DNA of 63,697 nucleotides, counting the filler, from Collodictyon triciliatum (taxonomy: Eukaryota), in the NCBI GenBank assembly GCA_043381765.1. It is 7 parts of 7 records of this genome, joined end to end, with 100 filler letters (N's around TTAATTAATTAA, not from the genome) between each part and the next. Parts side by side here need not be neighbours in the genome. Positions count along the whole stretch, not along the records: positions 19,246 to 28,764 come from JBHJMP010002975.1; positions 28,865 to 38,362 come from JBHJMP010002976.1; positions 38,463 to 47,973 come from JBHJMP010002977.1; 4 more parts are not named here. One strand, 5' to 3'. Within the stretch, counting starts at the first letter, position 1; every line of letters starts with the position of its first letter. The position numbers and the translations under genes were made by a program. The notes under the pieces were generated by a model. It was given only the letters and a program-made list of their open reading frames with translations, was not told where the DNA came from and did no database searches. Below are positions 25,880 to 38,631 of this stretch, piece after piece.

Positions 25880-27740
25880 TTAAAAGAACTTTCTTGAGTG
25901 TATTTTTAGCGCTGTTAAGTCCCTTGTCAAGAATACACTTTGTTTGCTTTCTGAACGATTGCATTCTTCACATATGAGACATCTAGACATCTATACAACT
26001 TTTTTGAATTTCCTTTCAGTTGCATACAACCAGTTCTTTTTCGCAGTTGCAGCACATCTTGGAGTTCTAAATTCATCTACACTAACTATTTCAAAACGTT
26101 TGGATAGTATTTTTCGTAATCCTCTTCCAATTGCTGGCTTAAAATGTTTCATTGGAGATTTTCTGCTTCAGTCTCCATACGCCAACAACATCCTTGCCAA
26201 ATGCCTTTTCGATTCGGTCCATAAACAATTCTTCACTTCTTTTTGTATTAACACACTGTCTCCATATCATCTTTCGAAAAGTTACCTGTTCATAAAATCT
26301 GGATAATTCTATCTGGTATCTTGATTTCATAGATACATATTTTCGAAATTATACATAATCGACCGTGTATGAATTATGTTTACTCAGTTCTTTCTCTAAA
26401 TCGATTATAGATACTTTTGACGTCTCAAGCCGCTAATTCTCTTCAAAAGTCATGAAACCAAAAGAAACAGCACTTTGTAAATCTGTTGTCATGTACACCC
26501 TGAAGTATTGAACTTTTTTTCTCGTGCAAGAGTTTATTTTGTGATTTTCAAGAGATTTGCTATCATGTCTTGTTTGGTGTGCCGTGTAACGTAATTTCTT
26601 GCCTGTCTCATCCGCCATGTAAACAAAATTAAACTTGCCTGCGTCCACTCAAACTAGTATTTTTTTTGTCGCTATTAAAGATAGCTGCTCTTCGGAAAGT
26701 TCATATATATACATATTCTTGGGGGTTTTTTTTTGATTATGTTGAAATTTTGAATTTGAAATACCTTTCTTTCCAAGCAATGATGACACCGCCAAGCCGT
26801 CTGTTTGTATCATCTATTTAAAAATGTAGTCTGTTTGATGAAAGACCCTCTTCTTCATTTCAAACAAATCATCCCATCGTTTCTCTTTGCATCCTGATAT
26901 ATTCTTCATTAATGATATGTTTCATATAATACTAATAGATCTATCAAACATGCAATATCTAGAGTAATATGGCATGGTATATTGTTCGTTCTCATAAGGA
27001 TTGGTTGAAACAGTTTGGCACCAATGTCCTCAAAAAATACGATTCATGTATATCAGACATGGAATGTACTTATTTGGATTGACTTTGACGTCATATTTGA
27101 TACTATTTACAATATCGCTGCGAATGATATGGCGCAAATGCGTTGTAGTCCACTCTTTATATTATTCCAGTATGTCGAAATTCTTGAAGATGGCTTTTTT
27201 TAACTTTAGTAACTCTGGCTTTTTAATAGCTTCTGTAATATTCTCATCTTAAGGAACTATTTGATTTATAAAGCTCAGTAATCTCTTTACAAAATGCTCC
27301 TTAATGTTATTAAGATAAGCTGTGAACATTTGCTTCGCTAAACACGGTAACACATGAGATAAACCAACCAACAGAAAGCGTTCTTATCAGGATAAAAGGA
27401 ACTGAAAATCATAGAGATAAAAAAGTCATCATGGCGATTTTCATATATCTGGTTTTTTTGTTTTAATCTTACGGGTCTATCTTGTGAAACTATTCTGACT
27501 GTCTTTAAGCGTACAAAAAAACATTTCATCGATTGTTGGGAGTTGTTGTGAATTCAGTATGTAACATCTTGCAAACAGATAAGTGTCGGTAACCAATTTA
27601 TGACACAATAAAACTGTATTGTTGACTTTGTCATAGTCATCCGAATTCTTTACAATCGACTTTAGATTTGTTTTTACATTTCGATAGTGTGGTTTTACAG
27701 AGTTTAGATTCCCAAACTCAAGGTGTTTTCTTTTCTTCAT
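25880..27740 (-). pseudogene. Degenerate Fanzor1 (eukaryotic TnpB-like RuvC endonuclease), intronless, with several frameshifts and stops
   Basis: Joined minus-strand frames give VKTNLKSIV...LVTDTYLFARCYIL, MFTAYLNNIKEHF, IQTDGLAVS, RuvC-I ILV*VDAGKFNFVYM, FYEQVTFRKMIWRQCVNTKRSEELFMDRIEKAFG, RuvC-II VSVDEFRT(S)KMCCNC, zinc finger LYRCLICEEC and RuvC-III FLTRDLNSAKN. Confidence 0.82.
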
Positions 27741-28633
27741 CTGAAAGTCTTTGTTTTACTTTTTCCTTGAGAAAACTACCAAGTTTTTAATTTTAATAAA
27801 ACTTTAGTCAATCGGTCAATTTAATATATATATATTGAACTGCACAAAATCAATTATGTAAAATTAAGCATCTGCCAAGACCCTCAAAATGTGCGCTATG
27901 TAGAAAAACACACAAAGTTTTTTTTTTTTTCAGAAGTGATTTGTGACAAAACGCTGAGAGCCGATTCAGCGAGTCCGAAAGGACAGCCGTATAGCCATTG
28001 CGACTGAACGTCAAGATATCGGCCCCAAACAACATGATTACCGCCGCAAGTGTGGATAGTATGCTTTTTTGAGATGCATGTTTGGTGGCAGGTTTATAGG
28101 GTGGGTTCTGTCTGGGTCAAGGCAACGGCTTGTTTGTATTTTTGAATTTTAATGCGATACAAGATTTACATAAGGGAACATAAAATACAGATTGATTATA
28201 GGAATAGTACGAGATTATTAAGTATTTTAAATCTTAATTAAATACTAATCGTGCTATTATATGATTCAGGTTGTTTCTTGGATTCGTCAAAGCTCCTGCT
28301 TTTGTCAACGCATATTTAATTCGATGGTTGTCTGTGCAATAAACTGCTATAAATTTATGGGTACATTATCATTGTATAAAAAGTGATGTGCCTTGAAGGG
28401 AATAAAACCAAATTTGTCACAACCTTTGTAATGAAGTTTATTCATTTACAGGCTGAGTGAGACCGAAGAGAAATGAAAAAGAAAAAGAAAGGAAAAGAAA
28501 AGAAAAAGAAAAAAAGGAGAAAAAGAAAAAGGGAAAAAAGAAATGAATTAGGGCAACTAATACTGAGCACGATATTCATACTTATCCTGCTGCCCGTGGG
28601 TCGATGGTTTGAGCTCGATATGTTTTTTATTCC

Positions 28634-28754
<121 letters not shown>

Positions 28755-28764
28755 ATTGTTAGGA

Positions 28765-28864
28765 NNNNNNNNNNNNNNNNNNNNNNNNNNNNNNNNNNNN
28801 NNNNNNNNTTAATTAATTAANNNNNNNNNNNNNNNNNNNNNNNNNNNNNNNNNNNNNNNNNNNN
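28765..28864. other. Artificial contig linker
   Basis: N-TTAATTAATTAA-N. Confidence 0.97.
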
Positions 28865-29024
28865 TCTTATGTCACTTGATGTTTCATCTTAATTAGAGTA
28901 GCGTAATTCTCTTTACTTCATTTTTGTTTGTGTCTTAGTACAAGCAGCATAACTACTTTTTCTACACCATCTTTTGAGCTATCGATTATTATTTTTTTAT
29001 GAAATACTTAATAAAAATGTAAAA

Positions 29025-29911
29025 ATGACACCCAAGACTCGTCGGCAACTCCCTTTTAATGCTCCACCATCCACATCCTGGTTATCACCAAATCTATTAT
29101 TGGAAGGTGGCCTGGATGAAAGTTCATTTTCTCTACCCTTGAATGCGTCCTCATCTTGTACGTGTCTGAACTCATGCGTTGATAGTGATACTAATTGAAT
29201 ATCATGGTGTTGTTCCTTCCTTTTTCGTAAATGATAGAATTCGCCTTTAAAGTATAACTTTTTTTTTATGAAATATTATATCATTATCCATGAATTAAAG
29301 GTAGTTCATTAAAAATCAAAGATCTGAGGAAAAAAGGAAATGAAATTTCTCTTTTAAGTGCTCGCTCGAACCACATACTTAAATCTCCAGGTTTGTTCCT
29401 GTAGATGAACTTGCTGAATAATATGGCCGTATAATTGGAATACATTAAAATCCCTTGCGTCAAGTAGCTTATTTATGGTATTTGCATCAAGACTGCCAGA
29501 GTGAAATTGTGTTTTTATCCATCTATGATGCATATCATAGATCACACATCAGACTCTCGTGCAACGGAATCACCAAACCAGTCAGGATATAACCTGCTCG
29601 TGGAACCTCCAAACGATGGGAATTTGTTCCGTGGATTTCCTGCCAGAAAGCCCACTCGGCCGCCCACTTCACCACCCAAGCAAGGAGAGAATGCAGCTTC
29701 GGTGAAAAATGTGCAATCAAAAGGGAGCTCCAAGTAGCGCCATCAATTCAAATGAGAACAATTATGCGAGTCAATGTGGCAAAAGGAGCATCCAAAATAA
29801 TAATTCAAATATATATTATAATTCTTTTGGAAATCATATTTGCATCATAGGAGGAACACTGACTCTGCATCTCAAAATCCAAAAGTCTCGAACGGTAGAC
29901 TTGTTCATTGC

Positions 29912-30008
<97 letters not shown>

Positions 30009-33000
30009 CGTAGTGACCAATAAATAGCGATAAAACATATATAACTCAGACGGATTTGATTCACAGACACGCCACGAAGGGATGGTTTCAAAGGCAAGGA
30101 CGCAGACTATGCGAAGTATCAAGAACGTGAATTCAAAAAGGCAGCATCACATGAAGTAGAAAATTATTTCATTTCACTTATTCTAAATTTAAGCTCACGA
30201 ATTACAATGAATTTAATCAAAATTTTGAGTTTATGTCGCTAAATAAATCTATGTTTATGTGACTTGCCAAAGGAGATTGAAAGTATTATAAATTAATTTA
30301 ACTGATTGATTCCAGACAGCTAGTCCCAAGATTTTTTTGGACGAGGTGATGAAAGAAGAAACAAACACATATGATGAGGAATTTGTTGATAATTTGGAAA
30401 CATTCAGCGCTCCTCTGAGAAAAGCTGTGATCTTGGAGCTTCTTCGGCAATTGAGACATCGAAACTCATTGCTTAGCACAATCAAATCTATCAACGCAGA
30501 GCTGAATCATGAGGTTGGATATTTGCTTTTCTTCCACTCATTCGTATTCTACCTTTTTATTCACCTGTACACATGGAGCAAAGGAAAGGAAAACGAGAAT
30601 AATTTCTATATATATATATGTATATCAATATGTTTTTTTCTGTATTGACATTGAACTCATAATTATCCCTATTAGACAGCCATGAGGCGTGTTGTGAACG
30701 AGGCGTGTGATTTTCTCAATGCAGACAGGGCGTGCCTATTTTGGATTGACGAAAAGCGACAACAAATAGTCAGCAAGGTTTGCTGTTTCTAAGCAATAAT
30801 ACATGTGCGTAATAGATCTACATTTCGATGAAAGTATTTATGTCTGAATATTACTCTTAAGGTGCTGTCCATAAGGAATTCGCAGGATGAGATTCGATTT
30901 GAGATAGGGAGGGGCATCGCAGGATATGTGGCGCAGACAGGACAGTTTTTGAATATACCAGATGCCCATGAGTAGGCCCCAATAAATTGTGAAACAGTTA
31001 AACTTATAACGAATAAATCCCCTCGATCAATTTACATATCCAACTCAAATGCACAATTGATATAGGATACGTAAATCATCATAATTCTCTTGAACATTCT
31101 CGACATTTTTTTTAATCTAACAAAAAAAAATTAATAGAAATTCCTTATTTAACCCTGCCTTCGACCAAAAAACGGGATATCGAACGCGGGGGATTCTTTG
31201 CATGTGTATTCGAGATATCCAAGGACGTAAATGTGCTGTAATGCAAGTTATCAACAAAATGTCAGGCGATGGCGCATTCAGCGAAGAGGACCAGAAAGAC
31301 ATGGAAATATTTGCCGTTCAGGCAGGAAATAGTTTGCGAAACGGATTGTTATACGATGCAGCAGTGAAGGTTCCTTGCTAGTTTTAAGTTATATACTAAT
31401 ATATAAGTGTTAAGTTTATAAAATTATTATACGCGACGTGCACCAGGACAATTAATTTACAATAATGGGGTGTTAGGCGCAACATAAGATATCTGTGCTT
31501 TTGGATGTATCGAAACAATTGGCATCAGAACTGAACTTGACAGAATTGTGTAAAATAATCATGTCGAAGGCAAAAGAACTTCTCGAGGCCGATCGCTGCA
31601 CCCTCTTCCTAGGTATTGATAAACAATGCGGAACGATTTAAAACCCTCAGATTTTTCTCGGAGTTTTTTGCATTAAATACACAACGATGTCATTCTGAAA
31701 AAATTAATGATACTGTCGCATACAGTGGACGAGAAAACCAGAGAACTGTGGTCCAAAGTCGCAGACGGCTCTTCTGTTATACGCTTCCCGATGACCGTAG
31801 GGATAGCCGGGCATGTTGCGTCGACTGGTGAATATTTTTATTTAATATATTTCGATAGAATAATAATATGTCGTGGTCGGCTAAATCTGGAGCCCATAAA
31901 TAATTTTAATAAAAACAATATAATGAATAAAAGGTGAAACATTAAATATTCCTGATGCATATTTGGACCCTCGATTCAACCCAGATGTGGACAGAAAATC
32001 TGGCTACAAGTATTTGCATAAAAAATGAAAAGAAAAGACTCTTGTTCAAACAAAACACTGTATCATTTATTTATTTATTATTTATTTATTTATTTATTTG
32101 CTCGGAACATTCATCAGGACAAATAGTATCTTATGTATGCCGATCAAGAATGCGCGAGGAACTATAATTGGGGTGACCCAAATGATTAACAAATTGGATA
32201 ATTCATTTTTTGACGAAGACGACGAGCGGCTGCTTTTCGCATTCAGTTCGCAGGTATTTTTTCTTTTTTAAAAAAGGGGGCTTGTTTATTCATAAGGAAT
32301 CGGATTACATTTCTTTTTTGTTTTTTCATTTAATGGATTTTTTTTAAGGCTTCTGTGAGTTTGGAAAATTCGAAGCTCTTTCAAAGCACAACGGATATGC
32401 GGAATTTTCTTGAAAGCATATTGAAAAGTATAACCAATCTTGTGCTTGTTCTCGACATGTCTGGGCTGATGCTTACTGCAAATAGACCCACGATATCGTT
32501 CCTCGGTGTTGATGAAGAGGTAAGAAGTTGTCTCTCTTTAGTTGGCATCCACCCTCTCATATCATAGTTATAATACATATCAGCGTCCTCATTGTAAAGC
32601 ATCAATGTCAAAAATTAGAAATTAATCAATTCTATCGTAGACTTTGAAGAAGCTGTCATACGAGTCATGGCTGGGAGCGAATAATCGAATTTTGTTGGAG
32701 GATATTAAGAATGCATTCAGCAGCACAGAGCCAAAATCGATGACAGACTATGAGTACCACGTTCCTTACGAATCTGACGGAGATGGCTCAATCAAAACTA
32801 TAAATTACACTGTAGTGGCGTTGATAGACTCTGAACTGAAGCAAACTGGCGTGGTCTTGGTCTTGGAGGATGTCTCTCCCCAAAAGAAGCTCCAGACCAC
32901 GCTCGGTAGATACATGTCTCCAGCCCTAGCAGATGAGGTAGATATTCTGGTTATCTTCATGCGTGTTTTATTTTGACTTGCCATCTCCCTTCTTACATCA

Positions 33001-34155
33001 TCCAAATTACTATTTATATCACATCCTTCCACTTTTACAACTCTAGGTGCTGAAGCATGATAGTAAGTTGCAACTCGGTGGAAAGCACATGAAAGTAGCC
33101 ACGCTCTTTTGCGACATCCGTAAGTTCACATCTATCAGCGAAAAGATGGACGCCGGGGAGGTGGTCGATTTACTTAATGATTATTTTTCCCATATGGTCA
33201 GTGCCGTTTTTGCTGAGAAGGTGAGTTTTACTGCCTTGTTTTAGTCCGCCTGTTTTCACTTCTCTTGGCATATTATGGAAGAAGTTATTACGAGAGACCT
33301 CTACATGTGCGCATTCCATTCATAATGTTTGGTTGTTCACAGGGAATACTGGACAAGTATATCGGTGATGCGCTGATGGCTGTATTTGGCGTTCCAATGA
33401 CTGCAGAAGATGACTCATATCGTGCATGTCGTGCTGCTTTGCAGATGATATCCAATCTCAGAGTTTTTAATGAAAAGCGGCGACAGCAAGGACTCGAGCA
33501 AATCGATGTGTGTAGTAAACATCTTTAAACCCATTCATCTGATCAAGCAAAAAACGCAAACCTGCAAAAAAAAAAATTTATTATTATTATTAAGTAAAAT
33601 AGTGAAATAATACAACAGTATAGTTGGCGTACTTACACGTTTGCTTCGTAATATGGATAGATTGGCATCGGAATCAACACCGGCCGCGTATTATCCGGCA
33701 ATATCGGAACCGAGCACCGACTCGAGTACACAGTCATTGGGGACGGAGTAAATCTCGCCTCGCGCGTGGAAGGAGCCACAAAGCAATACGGCGTCTCCAC
33801 AATGATAACAGAGTTTACGGAGCAGGAGGTTGCGGGCCGCTTTATTCTGCGGGAACTTGATTACATCCGGGTGGTGGGCAAGACACAGCCCATCCGAGTC
33901 TATGAGCTGATTCGAGAAGTAGGCAGCAAGCCTGCCAGTGACGGAGTAGACAACGCGATTTTGTTCTTTGCGCGGGGGTTGCAACTTTATCGGCAGCGCC
34001 TTTTCCAAGATGCGGCTCAGGTCTTTCAAGAGGCAAATCGGTGCCGTGTGGGCGGCGACCCACCGTCTCTGGTTTACATGGACAGATGCAAGCGACTTTC
34101 CCTCAATCCCCCTGAGCAGGACTGGGATGGTGTCTGGAGCATGGATTCCAAGTAG
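29025..34155 (+). CDS. Class III adenylate cyclase with GAF-GAF-PAS-AC-TPR architecture (CyaB1-like), multi-exon
   Basis: GAF1: [63 protein letters not shown]2: [41 protein letters not shown]-like [10 protein letters not shown]...[10 protein letters not shown]. Cyclase: [51 protein letters not shown]-like tail ending [15 protein letters not shown]. 5' exons before ~30320 are uncertain. Confidence 0.92.
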
Positions 34156-34531
34156 CTTCTTGTCTGCTGGTGTTGGCGCATCGAAACACAGCCCGCTTCG
34201 TTTCTTTGTTTCCACCGCTTTGCTTCCTTTTCTTGGCGTGTGCCGTTCGCCCCTCGCTTGTAAGGATATTATCCAATTTTGGTGTATTCAGGAAAGGGAA
34301 TAGATCATAAATTTAGTCATACCTTATTTGTGGGTTCTATTTTTACACCGTTTTCGCCTTGCCTGTCTGTCAGTGATCTATTACGGCAACGAGGATTTGT
34401 TTCGAGTGGGTTGAGTGGCGGAGTTTGTGGGAAGGGAAGGTTGGAAACGCACTTGGATGGCCGTGAGAAGTAATGCCCTCGATCACCCCAGGAGCGAAAG
34501 AAGAGCCTTTAGCAAATAGCATATTGTTCCA

Positions 34532-35715
<1,184 letters not shown>

Positions 35716-36015
35716 GGCGTCGCTCCTGGAAGGAGAGATACCTCATATGTGGCCACCCACAAGAAAAGTGACAGCTTAATAGCCTAAAATGGAAAATAAA
35801 ATAAACCAGTTTCAGAATCGTTTCATCGTCCGTTGCTCTCAACTCCTTTCTTTTCTCTTTTGCCACCATTTATCGCATATGTAAGTGGAATAAAAAGAGC
35901 CTGACTTTCTGTCACTCCACTAAACTGTGTGTCAGCTTTATTTAATCACAAAATGTAAACGCGAATAAGGCGACCATGAAGCGTTGCGCCTGTGCATTTA
36001 TTGTGTTTAACGAGA

Positions 36016-38111
36016 CTACGACGGCTTGAAACGCTGATTGCAGAGGATGATTGGAGGCTCAAAGCGAGCCACTTGAAACAGAGCCTCCTCAAAATCGAAG
36101 GAAGGCCCCACCCTCTCTGCATCTGTGAAGGGCCGGAGACAGAAGGGGCACGGCTGCTCCATGGCGCGGATGACTGCGACGCACTGCAGACACAGAGAGT
36201 GCCCACACGGATTCAGCCTTGCATCGCAGACGCGGACATTGCAGATGTTGCACGAGATCTTTTCTGCAACCAGGCTGGTCGATTGGACCCGCTGGATATG
36301 CTGGGTGGCAAGGACCGACTGGTGCTCGGGTGCGTACCAATCAAACCAAGGGTAGTTGTGTGCGCTGTATGTGGCGAAGGAGCAGACAGAACGCTCCAGC
36401 CTGACTCCAGTGATGCCCTCGCATTCGAGACGGCTGACCAAGTGGATGAACAGCTTCGTGGATGATTTCTTGCTCCAGCGTTGGATGTTCCTGTCTTTGT
36501 ATATCTCCTGCTGGATAAGCCCGCCTGCTCCAAGACCAAGCCGCTCGGGCTCGCTGGGTCCTCCTCCTCTGAGTCTCAAGACAAGATGCATGGACGAACC
36601 CTCTGTGATTTGGTAATCGTCCAAGGTGCAGTCATCGTCCAGCTGCTTTCCGGCAAATACAAAACGTTGCTGGTCTGGTGGGATGCCTTCTCTGTCCTGG
36701 ATGACGTCTTTAAGCTCACGGATGGTGCTGAACGGACTCATGGTGATGTCAAGGGTCTTTCCTGTCAGAGTGCGAACTTTGAAGGAAATCGACTTTTGAA
36801 TCACAATCACGGACCCGGCTGGGATGTGGTCCTGGGCTGTTTCTTGGAATCCATGTAGCCTTGCACTGGCCATGTAGACTATGCTTCCGGCGGGCAGACT
36901 GTTTTCTCGGGGAGATTTGTATACGCTCACACCCTGGGAATCTGCGAAGATGGCGAAGTCGTTGGGCTTCTCAGGGATAACTTCCACCTGAATTCCTCCA
37001 TAGGTTTCCTTACCAGTGAGTTGGCCTTCAACAGATAGATTGTACCCAAGTGGAACAGTAACAAATTGCTTCACTAGGTGTCTCATTTGCCTTGATGTCT
37101 AGATAGATAATATCACGAAGGGAAAGCGTATTAGAATTTTATACTTTGATTAACTCGCATGTTGTATTGTTATTATTTCATTCCCGCTTATAAAAAAAAG
37201 TCTTTTTTTTACAATACCATATCAGTTCCAAGTCCTGCGTTGATACCATCGATCCAAGGTTGGTCAGGGCGAACCACGTAATTTTGTTCCTGCTCATTTA
37301 GTGGAAGATTGAAGTCTTTCCCAGACACAACATCCACGTTTCCAATTCCAATCTATACAAATAAACAATATAAGTTGCATAGTGAGTATTGAAGTAAATC
37401 AAAGAAAGGGAGTTTCTGTATGTTAATCGTTTTTTTACATGATTTTAGGCAGTTTAAGTAGGAAAAGAATATTCCGATTTTTATTCTCAACTTTTCACAA
37501 TATATATGAAAAATACATCATCTATAAGATATTATCACCACCATTACCTTTACAGCTGCTGCCGCACTTCCCGAAAATCCCATCCATAAAGCCTCACTTT
37601 GTTCTACTGGCATGAAAAGCCCACCAGTCTCGCGGAATTGTGAAGGTACAGTCTTTGGGTACTCTCGAATGTTAAAGAGTGGAAACTGCCCTAGAGATGG
37701 TGGCAATGGATATGTCTTGCCATCTTCGGGAATCCTCAAAGTCTTGTGAAACTTAAGCTGGAAGCCTCCTTGCCCAAAGGTGATGGATGTTTTTGATGAG
37801 TCTAGTTTCATATCTAATTGAACGGGGCCTATGACATCTTCATATGAATCGATGAAAGGTAAGTCCTCAGGAAATGATGTTGCTGTCGGCTCTGAACCAG
37901 CGTTTGATATTGTGAGGGGCATTTTCTTCAATATTTTGTTAAGGGTTGAAAGTGCGATCTTCTCATCGGCCCTCTTCAAAGCGAAATGACCTGCTGGTGT
38001 ATTGTATGCTTTTGACCAGCGGTCGGTCAGTTGTGTGATTGTTTCGTCCTCATGTACCGTTTCGTGGATGATTCTGTCCTCAAAGTCGATGGTGACGTTG
38101 ATTGTCGGCAT
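36016..38111 (-). CDS. Protein with an [20 protein letters not shown] domain, an embedded ubiquitin domain and a C-terminal RING finger (3 exons)
   Basis: [78 protein letters not shown]. Ubiquitin VRTLTGKT...[20 protein letters not shown]...HLVLRLRGG at ~36562-36789. RING CNIC...[10 protein letters not shown]...CPFC. Confidence 0.85.
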
Positions 38112-38362
38112 TCTCTCGCGCTAGGTTTATATTCTTCGCGACCAGGCTCGTGTCTCTTTTGACTCCTCTTGATTCCTTTTGATAAGAATCTGGACATAAT
38201 TTTCCAGTCAGTAGATCGCAACTGTCTACCCTGTTATATTATTTGTTTTTGTTTTTGTTTTGTTTTTGTTTTTGTTGTTTTGTTTTTGTTGTTTTGTTTT
38301 TGTTGTTTTGTTTTTGTTGTTTTGTTTTTGTTGTTTTGTTTTTGTTGTTTTGTTTTTGTTGT

Positions 38363-38462
38363 NNNNNNNNNNNNNNNNNNNNNNNNNNNNNNNNNNNNNN
38401 NNNNNNTTAATTAATTAANNNNNNNNNNNNNNNNNNNNNNNNNNNNNNNNNNNNNNNNNNNN
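38363..38462. other. Artificial contig linker
   Basis: N-TTAATTAATTAA-N. Confidence 0.97.
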
Positions 38463-38631
38463 ATAAAAAATAAATAAAAAATAAATAAAAAATAAATAAA
38501 AAATAAATAAAAAATAAATAAAAAATAAATAAAAAATAAATAAAAAATAAATAAAAAATAAATAAATAAATAAATAAATAAATAGCTAAATAAATTGAAC
38601 ACGAGGATGTTAATATTTATATGATATTCAG

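Noticed and set aside
27950-27990. Hammerhead ribozyme
   Set aside because: GTCCGAAAGGAC resembles stem II, but the CUGANGA and GAAA core motifs are not in place.
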